Source of the DNA: Betaproteobacteria bacterium
GTDB taxonomy: Bacteria > Pseudomonadota > Gammaproteobacteria > Burkholderiales > SG8-39
Length of the DNA stretch: 64,000 nucleotides
Direction of reading: 5' to 3'
Assembly (NCBI GenBank): GCA_005881575.1
Contig: VBCA01000036.1
Location: forward strand, 1,710-65,709
The position numbers were made by a program, and so were the translations under genes. Under the pieces are notes generated by a model. The model saw only the letters and a list, made by a program, of their open reading frames with translations, did not search any database and was not told where the DNA came from. How positions within the stretch are numbered: the first letter of the stretch is position 1; the number at the start of each line of letters is the position of its first letter. This document shows, piece by piece, positions 41,290-50,669 of this stretch.

Positions 41290-42270
41290 CTATTGCGGCT
41301 CGATTTTCGCGAGCCTCAAGTATCGACCCCAATTCTCGCTTTCCACCCTGATCAGCGCCGCCATGGATTCGGATGTGCCCGGGAATGGATCGGTAGCGAC
41401 GTTCTCGAGAAATTTGCGCGTCTCCTCGCTCGACGAGATCTGGTTGAACCAGGCGGCCAGCTTGTCGACGATAGCCTTGGGCGTTCCGGCCGGAACGACG
41501 GCCCCGAACCAGGGCGTGAGGTCGTAGCCCGGGAAGCCCGACTCCGCCATGGTGGGCACCTCCGGCAGCATGCTCAGGCGCGTCGCCGAAGTGAGGGCGA
41601 GCATGCGGACGCGGCCCGCGCGTGCCTGCGCCATGAGGAAAGTCACGTCGTAGGACATGAAGTCCACTTCTCCGCCCAGCAGGTCGCTCAACGCGTTCGG
41701 AGCGGCTTTGTACGGGATGTGCGTGCTCTTGAGACCTGCCATTTCCTTGTAGAGCTCCGCTGCGACGAGGCCCGTGTTGGAGCCGGTGGCGTAATTGCCG
41801 TCGCCGGGCTTCTTCTTCAGGTACTCGGTCAGCTCGCCGATCGAATGGATCGGCCTTTTCGCATCCACCGCGATCGCGAAGCTCAGTTTGGCGAGCGTCG
41901 TGACCGGCGTGAAATCCCTGACGGGGTCGAAAGAGAGCTGCTTGAAGATGTGCCGCGCCGCGGCGAGCGTGGAGCTGGCCGGCGTGATCATGATGGTGTA
42001 CCCGTCGGGCTTCGCGCGCGCGACGTATTCCGTGGCGATGTTCCCCTGCGCGCCCACCTTGTTCTCGACGAGGACGGGCTTGCCGGCGAGCCGCGCCAGC
42101 CTGTCGCTGTAGTAGCGCACCAGGATGTCGGCGCCGGATCCGGCCGCGAAGTTGCAGATCGAGCGGATCTCGCGCGCCGGATACTCCTGCGCGGCGACTG
42201 GCTGCGACGCCAACACGAGGGCGATCGGGATAAGTGCAATCCGGACTGCGGTTCTGGACGTATGTGTCAC
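41290..42270 (-). CDS. Bug/TctC-family substrate-binding protein
   Basis: GTG 42270 behind GGAGGAA, with a GTGA overlap onto the upstream kinase stop. It has a signal peptide, then QEYPAREIRSICNFAAGSGAD, ENKVGAQG, KPDGYT and IPYKAA. Confidence 0.85.
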   Translation of the reverse strand: MTHTSRTAVRIALIPIALVLASQPVAAQEYPAREIRSICNFAAGSGADILVRYYSDRLARLAGKPVLVENKVGAQGNIATEYVARAKPDGYTIMITPASSTLAAARHIFKQLSFDPVRDFTPVTTLAKLSFAIAVDAKRPIHSIGELTEYLKKKPGDGNYATGSNTGLVAAELYKEMAGLKSTHIPYKAAPNALSDLLGGEVDFMSYDVTFLMAQARAGRVRMLALTSATRLSMLPEVPTMAESGFPGYDLTPWFGAVVPAGTPKAIVDKLAAWFNQISSSEETRKFLENVATDPFPGTSESMAALIRVESENWGRYLRLAKIEPQ

Positions 42271-43406
42271 TTCTTTCCTCCGGATTGGGCCGACGACCCG
42301 CTCACCGGCCCCTTCTTGGGCAGCGCGAAATAGAACGTCGCGCCTTTGCCCGGTTGGCCCTCGGCCCACACGCGGCCGCCATGGCGAACCACCACGCGCT
42401 GCACGATGGCGAGCCCCACCCCGGTGCCCGGGAACTCTCTCGAGCTATGCAGGCGCTGGAACACGCCGAACAGCTTGCCGTAATATCGCATGTCGAATCC
42501 GGCGCCGTTGTCCTTGACGTAATAGACGTTCCTCCCGTCCTCGCTGCCGCCGCCCAGTTCGATCGAAGGGACTTCCGTCGCTCCGGTGAACTTGATCGCG
42601 TTGGAAAGCAGGTTGAGCCAGACCTGGCGGACGAGCGAGCGGTCGCCCCAGCCGGCTGGCAGCGGCGTCAGGACGCAGTTCGGCACCTGTTGCCCGGGCG
42701 CGCTGCGGAGCTCGTCGACGACTTCGCGCGCCAGCGCCTCCATGTCGATTTCCGCGGCGAAGATGGGGCGGCGCCCGAGCTGGGAGAACGCGAGCAGGTC
42801 CTCGATCAGCGTTCCCATCCTTTGGGTGTTTTCGAGAATTTTTCCGAGCAGGCGCTTGTCCTCGTCCCCCAGCCGGTCGCCGCAGCTCTCCCGCAGAATG
42901 TTCGAATACCCGTCGATGGCCCGCAGCGGCGCGCGCAGGTCATGCGAGACCGAATAGCTGAAGCTTTCGAGGTCCCTGTTTGCGGCCTCGAGCTCCGCTG
43001 CTTGCTTGCGCATCACTTCCGTGGTCCGGGCCAGATCGACGAATACCGATACCTTGGAGCGGAGAATTTCCGGCTGAAGAGGTTTGAAGACGTAGTCCAC
43101 GGCACCGACGGCGTACCCGCGGAACTTCTGCGCTTCGCTCTCGTCGCTCGCCGTGAGAAAGATGATCGGGGTAACGCGGTTGCGCCCGCGCTCGCGAATC
43201 AGCGCGGCGGTCTGGAACCCGTCCAGGTCCGGCATCCGGATGTCGAGCAGGATGAGAGCGAAATCGTGCGCGAGCAGATGCCGCAGCGCTTCGTGGCCCG
43301 ACCTCGCGGTGATCAGCTTCTGCCCGAGCGGCTCGAGTATCGCCTCCAGAGCCAGCAAGCCGCCGGGCTCGTTGTCTACGAGGAGGATGTTGACTATCTC
43401 GTGCAC
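42267..43406 (-). CDS. Cytoplasmic hybrid REC-HisKA-HATPase_c histidine kinase
   Basis: N-terminal receiver (ILLVDNEP...LILLDIRMPDLDG...IIFLTAS...YVFKP). H-box SHDLRAPL, N-box LLSNAIKF, G1 DNGAGFD and G2 GTGVGLAIV. No TM segment. Confidence 0.9.
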   Translation of the reverse strand: MHEIVNILLVDNEPGGLLALEAILEPLGQKLITARSGHEALRHLLAHDFALILLDIRMPDLDGFQTAALIRERGRNRVTPIIFLTASDESEAQKFRGYAVGAVDYVFKPLQPEILRSKVSVFVDLARTTEVMRKQAAELEAANRDLESFSYSVSHDLRAPLRAIDGYSNILRESCGDRLGDEDKRLLGKILENTQRMGTLIEDLLAFSQLGRRPIFAAEIDMEALAREVVDELRSAPGQQVPNCVLTPLPAGWGDRSLVRQVWLNLLSNAIKFTGATEVPSIELGGGSEDGRNVYYVKDNGAGFDMRYYGKLFGVFQRLHSSREFPGTGVGLAIVQRVVVRHGGRVWAEGQPGKGATFYFALPKKGPVSGSSAQSGGKK

Positions 43407-43430
43407 CGTCTGGACCTCCGCTCCGGATCG

Positions 43431-44144
43431 CTAGGCGTCGAGTTCCGGATAATGCCTGAAGATCCCGTGCTGGTTGAAGTCGACGCGCCGCTTCGACGCG
43501 AGGTAAGCGGCGATGCGCGGCCGCGACGCGACGCGGTCGTGCAGCGCGACTTGGCGCGGGTATTTCGTCTCCAGCCCCTGCATCGCGCGGGGGAAGGCGT
43601 AGCGCAGGCCGGCGATCATCTGGAACAGCGACAGATCGGCGTAGGAAAACGCCTTGCCGAGAAGCCATCCGCCTTTTTCGCGCTCGAGCACCCGCTCGAA
43701 GTAGCCGAAGAATTTCGGCAGGCGCGCGGCGGTGAAGTGCGCGGCGCGGCGCTTCGATTCGGGTTTCTGGTCCTCGTAGTAGAAGGCGCCCCCGATCGGG
43801 TGATGCGCATCGTGCGCTTCGACCAGCCAGTCGGCGATGGTGAGCTGGAGCTGGTGCGCCCAGAGACGCGCCGGCTCGCTCTTCGGCGCGAGGCCGTGGC
43901 GCGGGGCGAGCCACAGGAGAATGTTCGCCGTCTGCGCGATCACCCGTTTCCCCGCTTTCAGGAACGGCGGAGCGAACGGCGGGCGTCCCCCGGATCTGCC
44001 CTCCAGGAAGCGCGTCAACGCCGCAACGCCGCGCTGCGGCCTTCGCGCGACATCGATGTAGTCGGCGTCCGCTTCCTCCAGCGCGAGCCGCACGAATTCT
44101 CCGCGGCCCTGTATCGAGGGCCAGTAATAGAGCTCGTAGCGCAT
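43431..44144 (-). CDS. Glutathione S-transferase family protein
   Basis: 237 aa from ATG 44144. It has a thioredoxin-like N-domain (YELYYWPSIQGRGEFVRLAL) and a helical C-domain with the FSYADLSLF motif. Confidence 0.82.
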   Translation of the reverse strand: MRYELYYWPSIQGRGEFVRLALEEADADYIDVARRPQRGVAALTRFLEGRSGGRPPFAPPFLKAGKRVIAQTANILLWLAPRHGLAPKSEPARLWAHQLQLTIADWLVEAHDAHHPIGGAFYYEDQKPESKRRAAHFTAARLPKFFGYFERVLEREKGGWLLGKAFSYADLSLFQMIAGLRYAFPRAMQGLETKYPRQVALHDRVASRPRIAAYLASKRRVDFNQHGIFRHYPELDA

Positions 44145-44169
44145 GGGGTTCTCCAACGGTCTCAAGGAT

Positions 44170-45447
44170 TCAAGATGGATGGCGCGATTGCGCGCGGGCA
44201 CCGGGCGTCGCGGGCAGGCCCCAACCGGGACGCGCGCGAAACAGGAGAAAGAGCGTGATCCCGATCGTCACCAGGCTCCAGGCGATGCCGTTGACGAACG
44301 CCGCGCGGTAGGAACCGGTCGCGTCGAAAATCCATCCGGGCATCCAGCCGCCGAGCGCCATGCCGACGAGCGTCGCCATGATCACCGTGCCGGTGCGCGC
44401 GCCCGCTTCGCGTGGCGAGAAGTACTCTCGCACGATAAGGGGATAGGAAGGCACGATGCCTCCCTGAAAGAGGCCGAAGAGCGCCGAGACCGCGTAGAGC
44501 GCGGCGAGGCGGTCGAAGGGCAGGAACAGCGCGAGCGCGGTTGCCTGGAGCACGGCGCCCAGCAGCAGCGTGCGCAATCCCCCGATGCGGTCGGCGATCC
44601 AGCCCGAGGCGAGGCGGCTGACGATGCCGAACCCCATCATCAGCGCGAGCATCTCGGCGCCGCGCGCGGCGGGAAAGCCCAGATCCGCGCAGTACGCCAC
44701 CATGTGCACCTGGGGCATGGACATCGCGACGCAGCACGCGATCCCCGACACGCACAGCAGCCCCTGCAGCTGGTTGGGCGAGAACCCGAGCGGCCCCTCG
44801 GGGTTCGACGGCACTCCCCGCGCACCCGCACCCGCCGGCGGAAGCCCGGCGATCGCGGGCGGCTTCCGTCGGAGGGCGAGCGCAAACAGCGGCATTGCGA
44901 ACAAGCAGATCAGGCCGGTCCCCATGTAGGTCGCGCGCCAGCCGGTGGTGTCGATGAAGTGCTGCATCAGGGGCGGCCACACCGTGCCTGCGAGGTAGTT
45001 GCCGCTCATCACGATCGCCACCGCGATGCCGCGCCGGCGCGTGAACCACAGGCTGATGTCCGCGACCAGCGGAACAAAGGTGCCTGAAGTTCCGACCCCG
45101 ATCAGCAACCCATGGATCGCCGTGAACTGCAGGAGGTTCTGCGAAAAACGCGCAGCGATGAAGCCGACCCCGAGGCTCACCGAGCCGACCAGCACCGGAA
45201 CGATCACGCCGAAACGGTCCGAGAGTCTTCCCATCAGCACGCTGCCCAGCCCGAACCCGATCATGGTGAGCGTGAAGGGGAGCGAGGCATCGGCGCGCGC
45301 GATCCCGAACTCCTCCTGCAGCGGCGGCAGCACCACCGCCATCGAGTACATCCCCGCGCCGCCGATCGTCACCAGCGCGAGCGCGACCCAAAGGCGGGTC
45401 CAGGCGTACGGGGAATCGGCGCCGTGCGATGTCTGGAGCGTTTTCAT
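44170..45447 (-). CDS. MFS transporter (oxalate/formate-antiporter-like)
   Basis: ATG 45447, 425 aa, 12 predicted TM helices, GRLSDRFG loop motif. The upstream part of the 730-aa track ORF is alternate-frame read-through over the neighbouring gene. Confidence 0.85.
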   Translation of the reverse strand: MKTLQTSHGADSPYAWTRLWVALALVTIGGAGMYSMAVVLPPLQEEFGIARADASLPFTLTMIGFGLGSVLMGRLSDRFGVIVPVLVGSVSLGVGFIAARFSQNLLQFTAIHGLLIGVGTSGTFVPLVADISLWFTRRRGIAVAIVMSGNYLAGTVWPPLMQHFIDTTGWRATYMGTGLICLFAMPLFALALRRKPPAIAGLPPAGAGARGVPSNPEGPLGFSPNQLQGLLCVSGIACCVAMSMPQVHMVAYCADLGFPAARGAEMLALMMGFGIVSRLASGWIADRIGGLRTLLLGAVLQATALALFLPFDRLAALYAVSALFGLFQGGIVPSYPLIVREYFSPREAGARTGTVIMATLVGMALGGWMPGWIFDATGSYRAAFVNGIAWSLVTIGITLFLLFRARPGWGLPATPGARAQSRHPS

Positions 45448-46712
45448 GTCGGGCGCGCTGTGCGCGGCGTGAACGCGAGCAATCCTGCGGTCACCGAGAG
45501 CAGCAGCAGAGCGGAAAGGGCGAGCGACCAGTGGATGCCGATGAGCCCGCCCACGACGCCGATGGTGAGGCCTGAGAAAGCGCGCATGCCGAGAGCGAAC
45601 AGGATGTAGAGCCCGATCACGCGGCCGCGGATCGGCGCCGGCGCGTGCAGCTGCACCAGCGTCTGCGCCATGGCGTTGAACGAAAGCTCGAGGAACCCTA
45701 CGGCGAACAGGATCGCGAGCGCAAGCGCGTAGGACGTCGAGGCGGCGAAGCCGCCGATGGCGCAGCACCACAGCATCGCGAGCAGCAGGGCCGTTCGCGG
45801 TTTGGCCTGCAGGAGGCCGCGGCTCTCGAGCAGGAATCCCGCGAATAGCGCTCCCGCCGCATCGGCGGCGAGCAGCATGCTGTAGGACAGGTCGGGATCG
45901 CCGTGGCCGAGATCGTGCGCGAACTCCGGCATCTGCGGCTGGTAGCCGTTGCCGACGAAGAACGACGTGACACCCGCGAGCATGACCATCGAGACGATGG
46001 TGCGGCTGCCTGAGATGGCGCGGATCGTGGAGACGATGTCGCTGAACCCCTTCACCGCGCGCACCGGCGCCGGCGCGCCTCTCCTGAAGCGCGGTCCGTA
46101 GGGCGCCTTCCACAGCCACAGCACGAGCGGAAGGTAGATCAGCGCGTTTAGCAAGAGGCCGTGCGCCGGCCCGAGCGCGAGCAGCAAGACCCCGCCCACC
46201 GCCGGCCCGAGCAGCAGCCCGAGGTAGCGTGCCGTGGCGGACAGGCGCACCGCGCTCTGGAGATTCGCCGTGCCGACGATGTCGTGGATCAGGAGCTGCG
46301 CGGAAGGGTGCCAGAACACGCCGGCGAATCCGTGTATGACGAGGAGGGCCGCGGCGTGCCACATCTGCAGCGTGCCGGTAAGGAACAGCACGCCCCAGCC
46401 GAGCGAGGCGGCCACGAACAAGGCCATGCCGATCTGGATGATGCGCCGCGGGTCGAAACGATCGGCGAGCGCGCCCGACAGCACCGAGAAGAAGAGAAAC
46501 GGCAGCCAGTGCGAGAGCATCGCGAATCCGCCCAGCGCCGGTGAGTGGAATTTCTGGAAAATGATCCAGTAGCTGATCACGTGCTCGATCGAATCGGCCA
46601 TCATCGCCAGCGCCGAGCCGACGAAATAGGCGCGGTAGCCGGGGTGGCGGAGCGCGGCGAAGGATTGCGGCGGAGCGGCGGGCGCCCGGCCGCCTCGTTG
46701 CGGGTCGGTCAA
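45444..46712 (-). CDS. MFS transporter (EntS/MFS_3-like)
   Basis: 422 aa with an ATGA overlap onto the downstream MFS gene. It has RHPGYRAYFVGSALAMMADS and GALADRFDPRR motifs. The TTG start at 46712 is uncertain. Confidence 0.82.
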   Translation of the reverse strand: MTDPQRGGRAPAAPPQSFAALRHPGYRAYFVGSALAMMADSIEHVISYWIIFQKFHSPALGGFAMLSHWLPFLFFSVLSGALADRFDPRRIIQIGMALFVAASLGWGVLFLTGTLQMWHAAALLVIHGFAGVFWHPSAQLLIHDIVGTANLQSAVRLSATARYLGLLLGPAVGGVLLLALGPAHGLLLNALIYLPLVLWLWKAPYGPRFRRGAPAPVRAVKGFSDIVSTIRAISGSRTIVSMVMLAGVTSFFVGNGYQPQMPEFAHDLGHGDPDLSYSMLLAADAAGALFAGFLLESRGLLQAKPRTALLLAMLWCCAIGGFAASTSYALALAILFAVGFLELSFNAMAQTLVQLHAPAPIRGRVIGLYILFALGMRAFSGLTIGVVGGLIGIHWSLALSALLLLSVTAGLLAFTPRTARPT

Positions 46713-46731
46713 CTCAGGCTTTCAATGGGGA

Positions 46732-47187
46732 CTATAACTCCACGCCCATCCTCCGGTCGAGCGAATAAGGCCCGCCGCCGCGCCAGAGAATCGCGAGGGC
46801 GACCAGCCCCCACAGCAAGGTGAACTCGTAGCCGCGGTTGAGCCAGGAGAATCCATTGGTCCAATAATGGACGAAGGTGATCACCGCCATCTCGATCGCG
46901 ACCGCAGCCGCGAAGAAACGCGTGAACAATCCGGCGGCGATCGCGATTCCGCCGAAGAACTCGACGAAGATGAGCAGATAGACGAGAGCGACGGGGTGCT
47001 CGTATCCCAGCTTCGCGAACGTCGGCGCCATCGCCTGCGCGCCGCGGGTGATCTTGCCCCAGCCGTGCACGGCGAGAATCAATCCGCACGCGCAACGGAT
47101 CAGAAGCCACGACAGCGGCTCGAGGAACACGTAAAGGGGCCTGAGAGCCGGGAAGAGCAGTCTAGGCGGGTATTGAGCCTCGTTCAT
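46732..47187 (-). CDS. DoxX-family membrane protein
   Basis: 151 aa with four TM helices and HGWGK and EFFGG motifs typical of DoxX. Confidence 0.85.
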   Translation of the reverse strand: MNEAQYPPRLLFPALRPLYVFLEPLSWLLIRCACGLILAVHGWGKITRGAQAMAPTFAKLGYEHPVALVYLLIFVEFFGGIAIAAGLFTRFFAAAVAIEMAVITFVHYWTNGFSWLNRGYEFTLLWGLVALAILWRGGGPYSLDRRMGVEL

Positions 47188-47315
47188 GGCTTCTCCTTTC
47201 GGGAACCTCGGGCAGGCCGGTTCAGGTTAACGGACGCGCACGCGGCGTGCAAGGCGCCGATCCGGCCCCGAGATTGTCTCGCGCCCGGCGGCCGCGGGAG
47301 GGCAGAATAGAGGCT

Positions 47316-47738
47316 ATGTCGAGCCCTTCCTCCGCAATCGCGATCCCCGAGTCCGAAATCGAGCTCAGCGCGATCCGCGCGCAAGGCGCGGGGGGCCAGA
47401 ACGTCAACAAGGTCTCCTCGGCGGTGCATCTGCGCTTCGACATCCGCGCCTCTTCGCTCCCCGAGCACGTCAAGTCGCGGCTTCTCGCCTCCCGCGACCA
47501 GCGCATCACGCGCGACGGCGTGCTCGTCATCAAGTCGCAGCAGCACCGCAGCCTCGAGCGCAACCGCGAAGAAGCGCTCGCCCGGTTGCACGAGCTCGTG
47601 GCGCTCGCGGCCGTCGTTCCGCGCCAGCGCAGGCCGACCCGGCCGACGCGAGGCTCGCAGAAGAAGCGCCTCGAAGGCAAGATCCGGCGCGGCGAGGTCA
47701 AGAAGCTGCGGGGCAAGGTGCACTCCGCCCCGGATTGA
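47316..47738 (+). CDS. arfB: Alternative ribosome-rescue factor ArfB (peptidyl-tRNA hydrolase, YaeJ-like)
   Basis: 140 aa from ATG 47316. It has the GGQ motif (RAQGAGGQNVNKVSSAV) and a basic C-terminal tail (RPTRPTRGSQKKRLEGKIRRGEVKKLRGK). Confidence 0.9.
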   Translation: MSSPSSAIAIPESEIELSAIRAQGAGGQNVNKVSSAVHLRFDIRASSLPEHVKSRLLASRDQRITRDGVLVIKSQQHRSLERNREEALARLHELVALAAVVPRQRRPTRPTRGSQKKRLEGKIRRGEVKKLRGKVHSAPD

Positions 47739-47754
47739 CTGTCTCGGGGGATCT

Positions 47755-48447
47755 TCAGGCTCCGAAAAATCCGCGAAATGCTTCCCGCCCCTTGGGTGTG
47801 ATGCTCACCACGCGCGAGCGCCGCGCGCGCTGGATCCAAAGCTTTGAGACGTACAGATCGAGCAGCGCCGCGCCGAGCGCGCCGCCCAGGTGCGGGCGCC
47901 GCTGCGTCAGGTCCACGCAGGCGCGCGCGAACGTTCGGCGGGACTCGCGCGCCGCGGCCAGATCTACCTCCAGCGCCGCGAGCCGCTTCTCGCCCAGGCG
48001 CGTGACGGCATAGTCGCGTCCGTCGGCGGCGAGCCAGCGCGCCTTCAGCATGGCCTCCAGGATCTTGACCGCCGTCTCGCCGGCGAGGTGGTCGTAGCAG
48101 GTGCGGGCGGTGAGGAACTGGACCGGCACCGAGCGCGAGGGCAGAACGCTGCGCGGTGAGCGCGGCCGGACCGCGGCGCTGAGCGAGGCGAAGCTCTCCA
48201 TCGCATCGGCGACCTCGGGGCTCGCGATGCGGAAGTAGCGGTGCCGCCCCTGCGCTTCCGAAGAGAGGAATCCGCCCTCCACGAGCTTGGCGAGGTGCGC
48301 GCTCGCCGACTGCGCCGAGATGTTCGCGGCGTACGCCAGCTCTCCCGCGGGCCGCAGCGTTCCGTCGACCAGGGCCCAGAGCATGGTCGCGCGCGCCGGA
48401 TCGGCGAGCAGATGGGCGATGCGGGGGATGCCGGGCCTGTCATCCAT
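47755..48447 (-). CDS. ArsR/SmtB-family winged-helix regulator with a ~130-aa C-terminal extension
   Basis: N-terminus IAHLLADPARATMLWALVDG..RPAGELAYAANISAQSASAHLAKLVEGGFL is a typical ArsR HTH. The C-terminal half is unassigned. Confidence 0.85.
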   Translation of the reverse strand: MDDRPGIPRIAHLLADPARATMLWALVDGTLRPAGELAYAANISAQSASAHLAKLVEGGFLSSEAQGRHRYFRIASPEVADAMESFASLSAAVRPRSPRSVLPSRSVPVQFLTARTCYDHLAGETAVKILEAMLKARWLAADGRDYAVTRLGEKRLAALEVDLAAARESRRTFARACVDLTQRRPHLGGALGAALLDLYVSKLWIQRARRSRVVSITPKGREAFRGFFGA

Positions 48448-48448
48448 A

Positions 48449-48466
48449 TTTCATGCCTCCATGAAA
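48449..48466. promoter_or_regulatory. Inverted repeat TTTCATG-CCTC-CATGAAA overlapping the Shine-Dalgarno of the ArsR-family gene; candidate operator or RBS hairpin
   Basis: Read directly from the sequence, 2 nt upstream of start codon 48447. The spacer CCTC(C) is the complement of the GGAGG RBS. Confidence 0.35.
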
Positions 48467-48561
48467 CATGTACGGTACACCGCAAGCACAATGCTGTCCA
48501 CATTCTTGTGCGGAAAAGGGGAGCGCGATGAAACGTACGCCTGTCCGGGCGGAGCCGCGGA

Positions 48562-50505
48562 CTAGGCCGCGAGCTGCTCCAGCTTCTGCTGCTGCTCCAG
48601 CCATTCGGCTTCCAGCTGCGCCAGCTCGCGCGCGACGAAAGCCTGATCGACGATCAGCGCCTTCAGGGCGTCCTTTTCCGCCTCGCCGTAGATCGCCGGG
48701 TCTGCGAGCCGCGCGTCAATCGCGGATTTCTGCGCGTTCAGCTTCGCCATCAGCTCTTCCAGCCGCTTGATTCGCGACTCGATCGGCTTTCTCGCCGCGG
48801 ACTGGCGCTGACGATCCTCGGCTTCCTTGCGCTTCTGGCCGCGGCGGGTCGAAGCGACCGGCGGCGCCGCAGCGGCAGGCTTCTCGGCTTCCGGCAAGGG
48901 CACGGCTTCCGCGGGCGCGAGCTTGGTCCTGAACAGCCACTCGCGGTAATCCTCGAGGTCGCCGTCGAAGGCTTGCAGCCTGCCTTCGGCGACGATGAGA
49001 AACTGGTCGGTGGTGGCGCGCAAGAGGTGCCGGTCGTGCGAGACGAGCACCAGCGTCCCCTCGAACTGCGCGAGGGCGACGGTCAGCGCCTCGCGCGTTT
49101 CCAGGTCGAGGTGGTTGGTCGGCTCGTCGAGGAGCAGCAGGTTGGGGCGCTGCCACACGATGAGCGCGAGGGCGAGCCGGGCCTTCTCGCCGCCGGAGAA
49201 AGTCTCGATCGAAGTCGTCGCCATGTCGCCCGGGAAGTTGAAGCCACCGAGGTAGTTGCGCAGGTCCTGCTCGCGCGTGTTCCGCGCGATGCGCGAGAGG
49301 TGCCACAGCGGCGATTCGTCGTATCGAAGCATCTCGATCTGGTGCTGGGCGAAATAGCCGACCGCGAGGCCTTTGTTGAAGATCGCCTTGCCGGCGAGCG
49401 GCTTCAATTCTCCGGCGACGGTCTTGATGAAGGTCGATTTCCCCGCGCCGTTGATGCCGAGAAGGCCGTAGCGCTGACCGCTCTGCAAGGAGAACTTGAT
49501 GCCGCGCACGACGATCTTGTCCGGCACGCTTTCCATCCTGTAGCCGGCGTCCGCGTCCTCCAGCACCAGGAGCGGATCGGGCGCCTTAAGCGGCTCGCGG
49601 AACTCGAAGGAGAAGGGCGCGGAGACGTGCAGGGGCGCGAGCTCCTCCATCCTCGCGAGCATCTTCATGCGGCTTTGCGCCTGCTTCGCCTTGGTGGCCT
49701 TCGCCCGGAAGCGGTTGATGAAGGATTCCAGGTGTTCGCGCTCGCGCTGCTGCTTCTCGTACTGCGCCGCGGCGAGCACCACGCCGGCCGCGCGCTGGCG
49801 CTCGAAGCTCGTGTAGTTGCCCGAATAACGCTTGAGCCTCTTCGCGTCGATGTGGACAACCACGTCCACCACGCCGTCCAGGAAATCGCGGTCGTGCGAG
49901 ACGACGAGGAGCGTCCCGGCGTAGCGTTTGAGCCAGTCCTCGAGCCAGAGGATGGCGTCGAGGTCGAGGTGATTGGTCGGCTCGTCGAGGAGCAGGAGGT
50001 CCGAGGGGCACATCAGCGCCTGCGCGAGGTTCAGCCGCATGCGCCAGCCGCCCGAGAAGCTCGCGACCGGTTCGCCCATCTGCTCGTGCGAAAAGCCCAG
50101 ACCGTGCAGCAGCCGCTCGGCGCGCGAGCGCACCGTGTACGCATCGGCGTCGCCCATCGCGGCGTGGAGCTCGCCTATCAAATGACCGTCGTTCACGGTT
50201 TCGGCGTCGGCGAGCCGGGCTTCCAGTTTTCGCAGCGTGGTGTCGCCGTCTATCGCGTATTCGAGCGCGGGGCGATCGAGCGCCGGCGTCTCCTGCGCGA
50301 CGCAGGCGACGCGCCAGCGCGCCGGGTAGTCGACCTCGCCCTTGTCGGCGTGCAGCTCGGCGCGCAGGAGCGCAAAGAGGCTCGTCTTCCCCGAGCCGTT
50401 CGCTCCGATCAGGCCGATCTTGTCCCCGGGATTGAGCGCGGCGTCGGCGCCTTCGAGCAGCGTTTTCGCGCCGCGGCGGAGCGTGATTTGGGAGAGGCGG
50501 ATCAT
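48562..50505 (-). CDS. ABC-F family ATPase (YheS/Uup-like) with a C-terminal coiled-coil
   Basis: 647 aa from ATG 50505. It has two Walker A motifs (GANGSGKTS, GINGAGKST), two signatures (FSGGWRMR, FSGGEKAR), no TM domain and a charged helical tail. Confidence 0.92.
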   Translation of the reverse strand: MIRLSQITLRRGAKTLLEGADAALNPGDKIGLIGANGSGKTSLFALLRAELHADKGEVDYPARWRVACVAQETPALDRPALEYAIDGDTTLRKLEARLADAETVNDGHLIGELHAAMGDADAYTVRSRAERLLHGLGFSHEQMGEPVASFSGGWRMRLNLAQALMCPSDLLLLDEPTNHLDLDAILWLEDWLKRYAGTLLVVSHDRDFLDGVVDVVVHIDAKRLKRYSGNYTSFERQRAAGVVLAAAQYEKQQREREHLESFINRFRAKATKAKQAQSRMKMLARMEELAPLHVSAPFSFEFREPLKAPDPLLVLEDADAGYRMESVPDKIVVRGIKFSLQSGQRYGLLGINGAGKSTFIKTVAGELKPLAGKAIFNKGLAVGYFAQHQIEMLRYDESPLWHLSRIARNTREQDLRNYLGGFNFPGDMATTSIETFSGGEKARLALALIVWQRPNLLLLDEPTNHLDLETREALTVALAQFEGTLVLVSHDRHLLRATTDQFLIVAEGRLQAFDGDLEDYREWLFRTKLAPAEAVPLPEAEKPAAAAPPVASTRRGQKRKEAEDRQRQSAARKPIESRIKRLEELMAKLNAQKSAIDARLADPAIYGEAEKDALKALIVDQAFVARELAQLEAEWLEQQQKLEQLAA

Positions 50506-50669
50506 GTCGGTTCGATTCGCAAGGCGCGCATTGTACGCGCAACGGCCGGGCAATCAGGCGAAAATTCGACAAGGTTCGAATTCGTGCGGCCCGGTCTCGC
50601 CCGCCCCGCAGCCTCGCGCGCCCGGTGGGGTAAAATGAGCGCGCCAGCCGATCCGGGTGGAGGTCTTCG

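Noticed and set aside
44170-46362. A 730-aa ORF spanning two transporter genes, and a 751-aa ORF at 52945..55200.
   Set aside because: In each case only the 3' part (from ATG 45447, or from ATG 53992) has hydrophobic or family-like sequence and an RBS. The 5' parts overlap well-supported genes in another frame.
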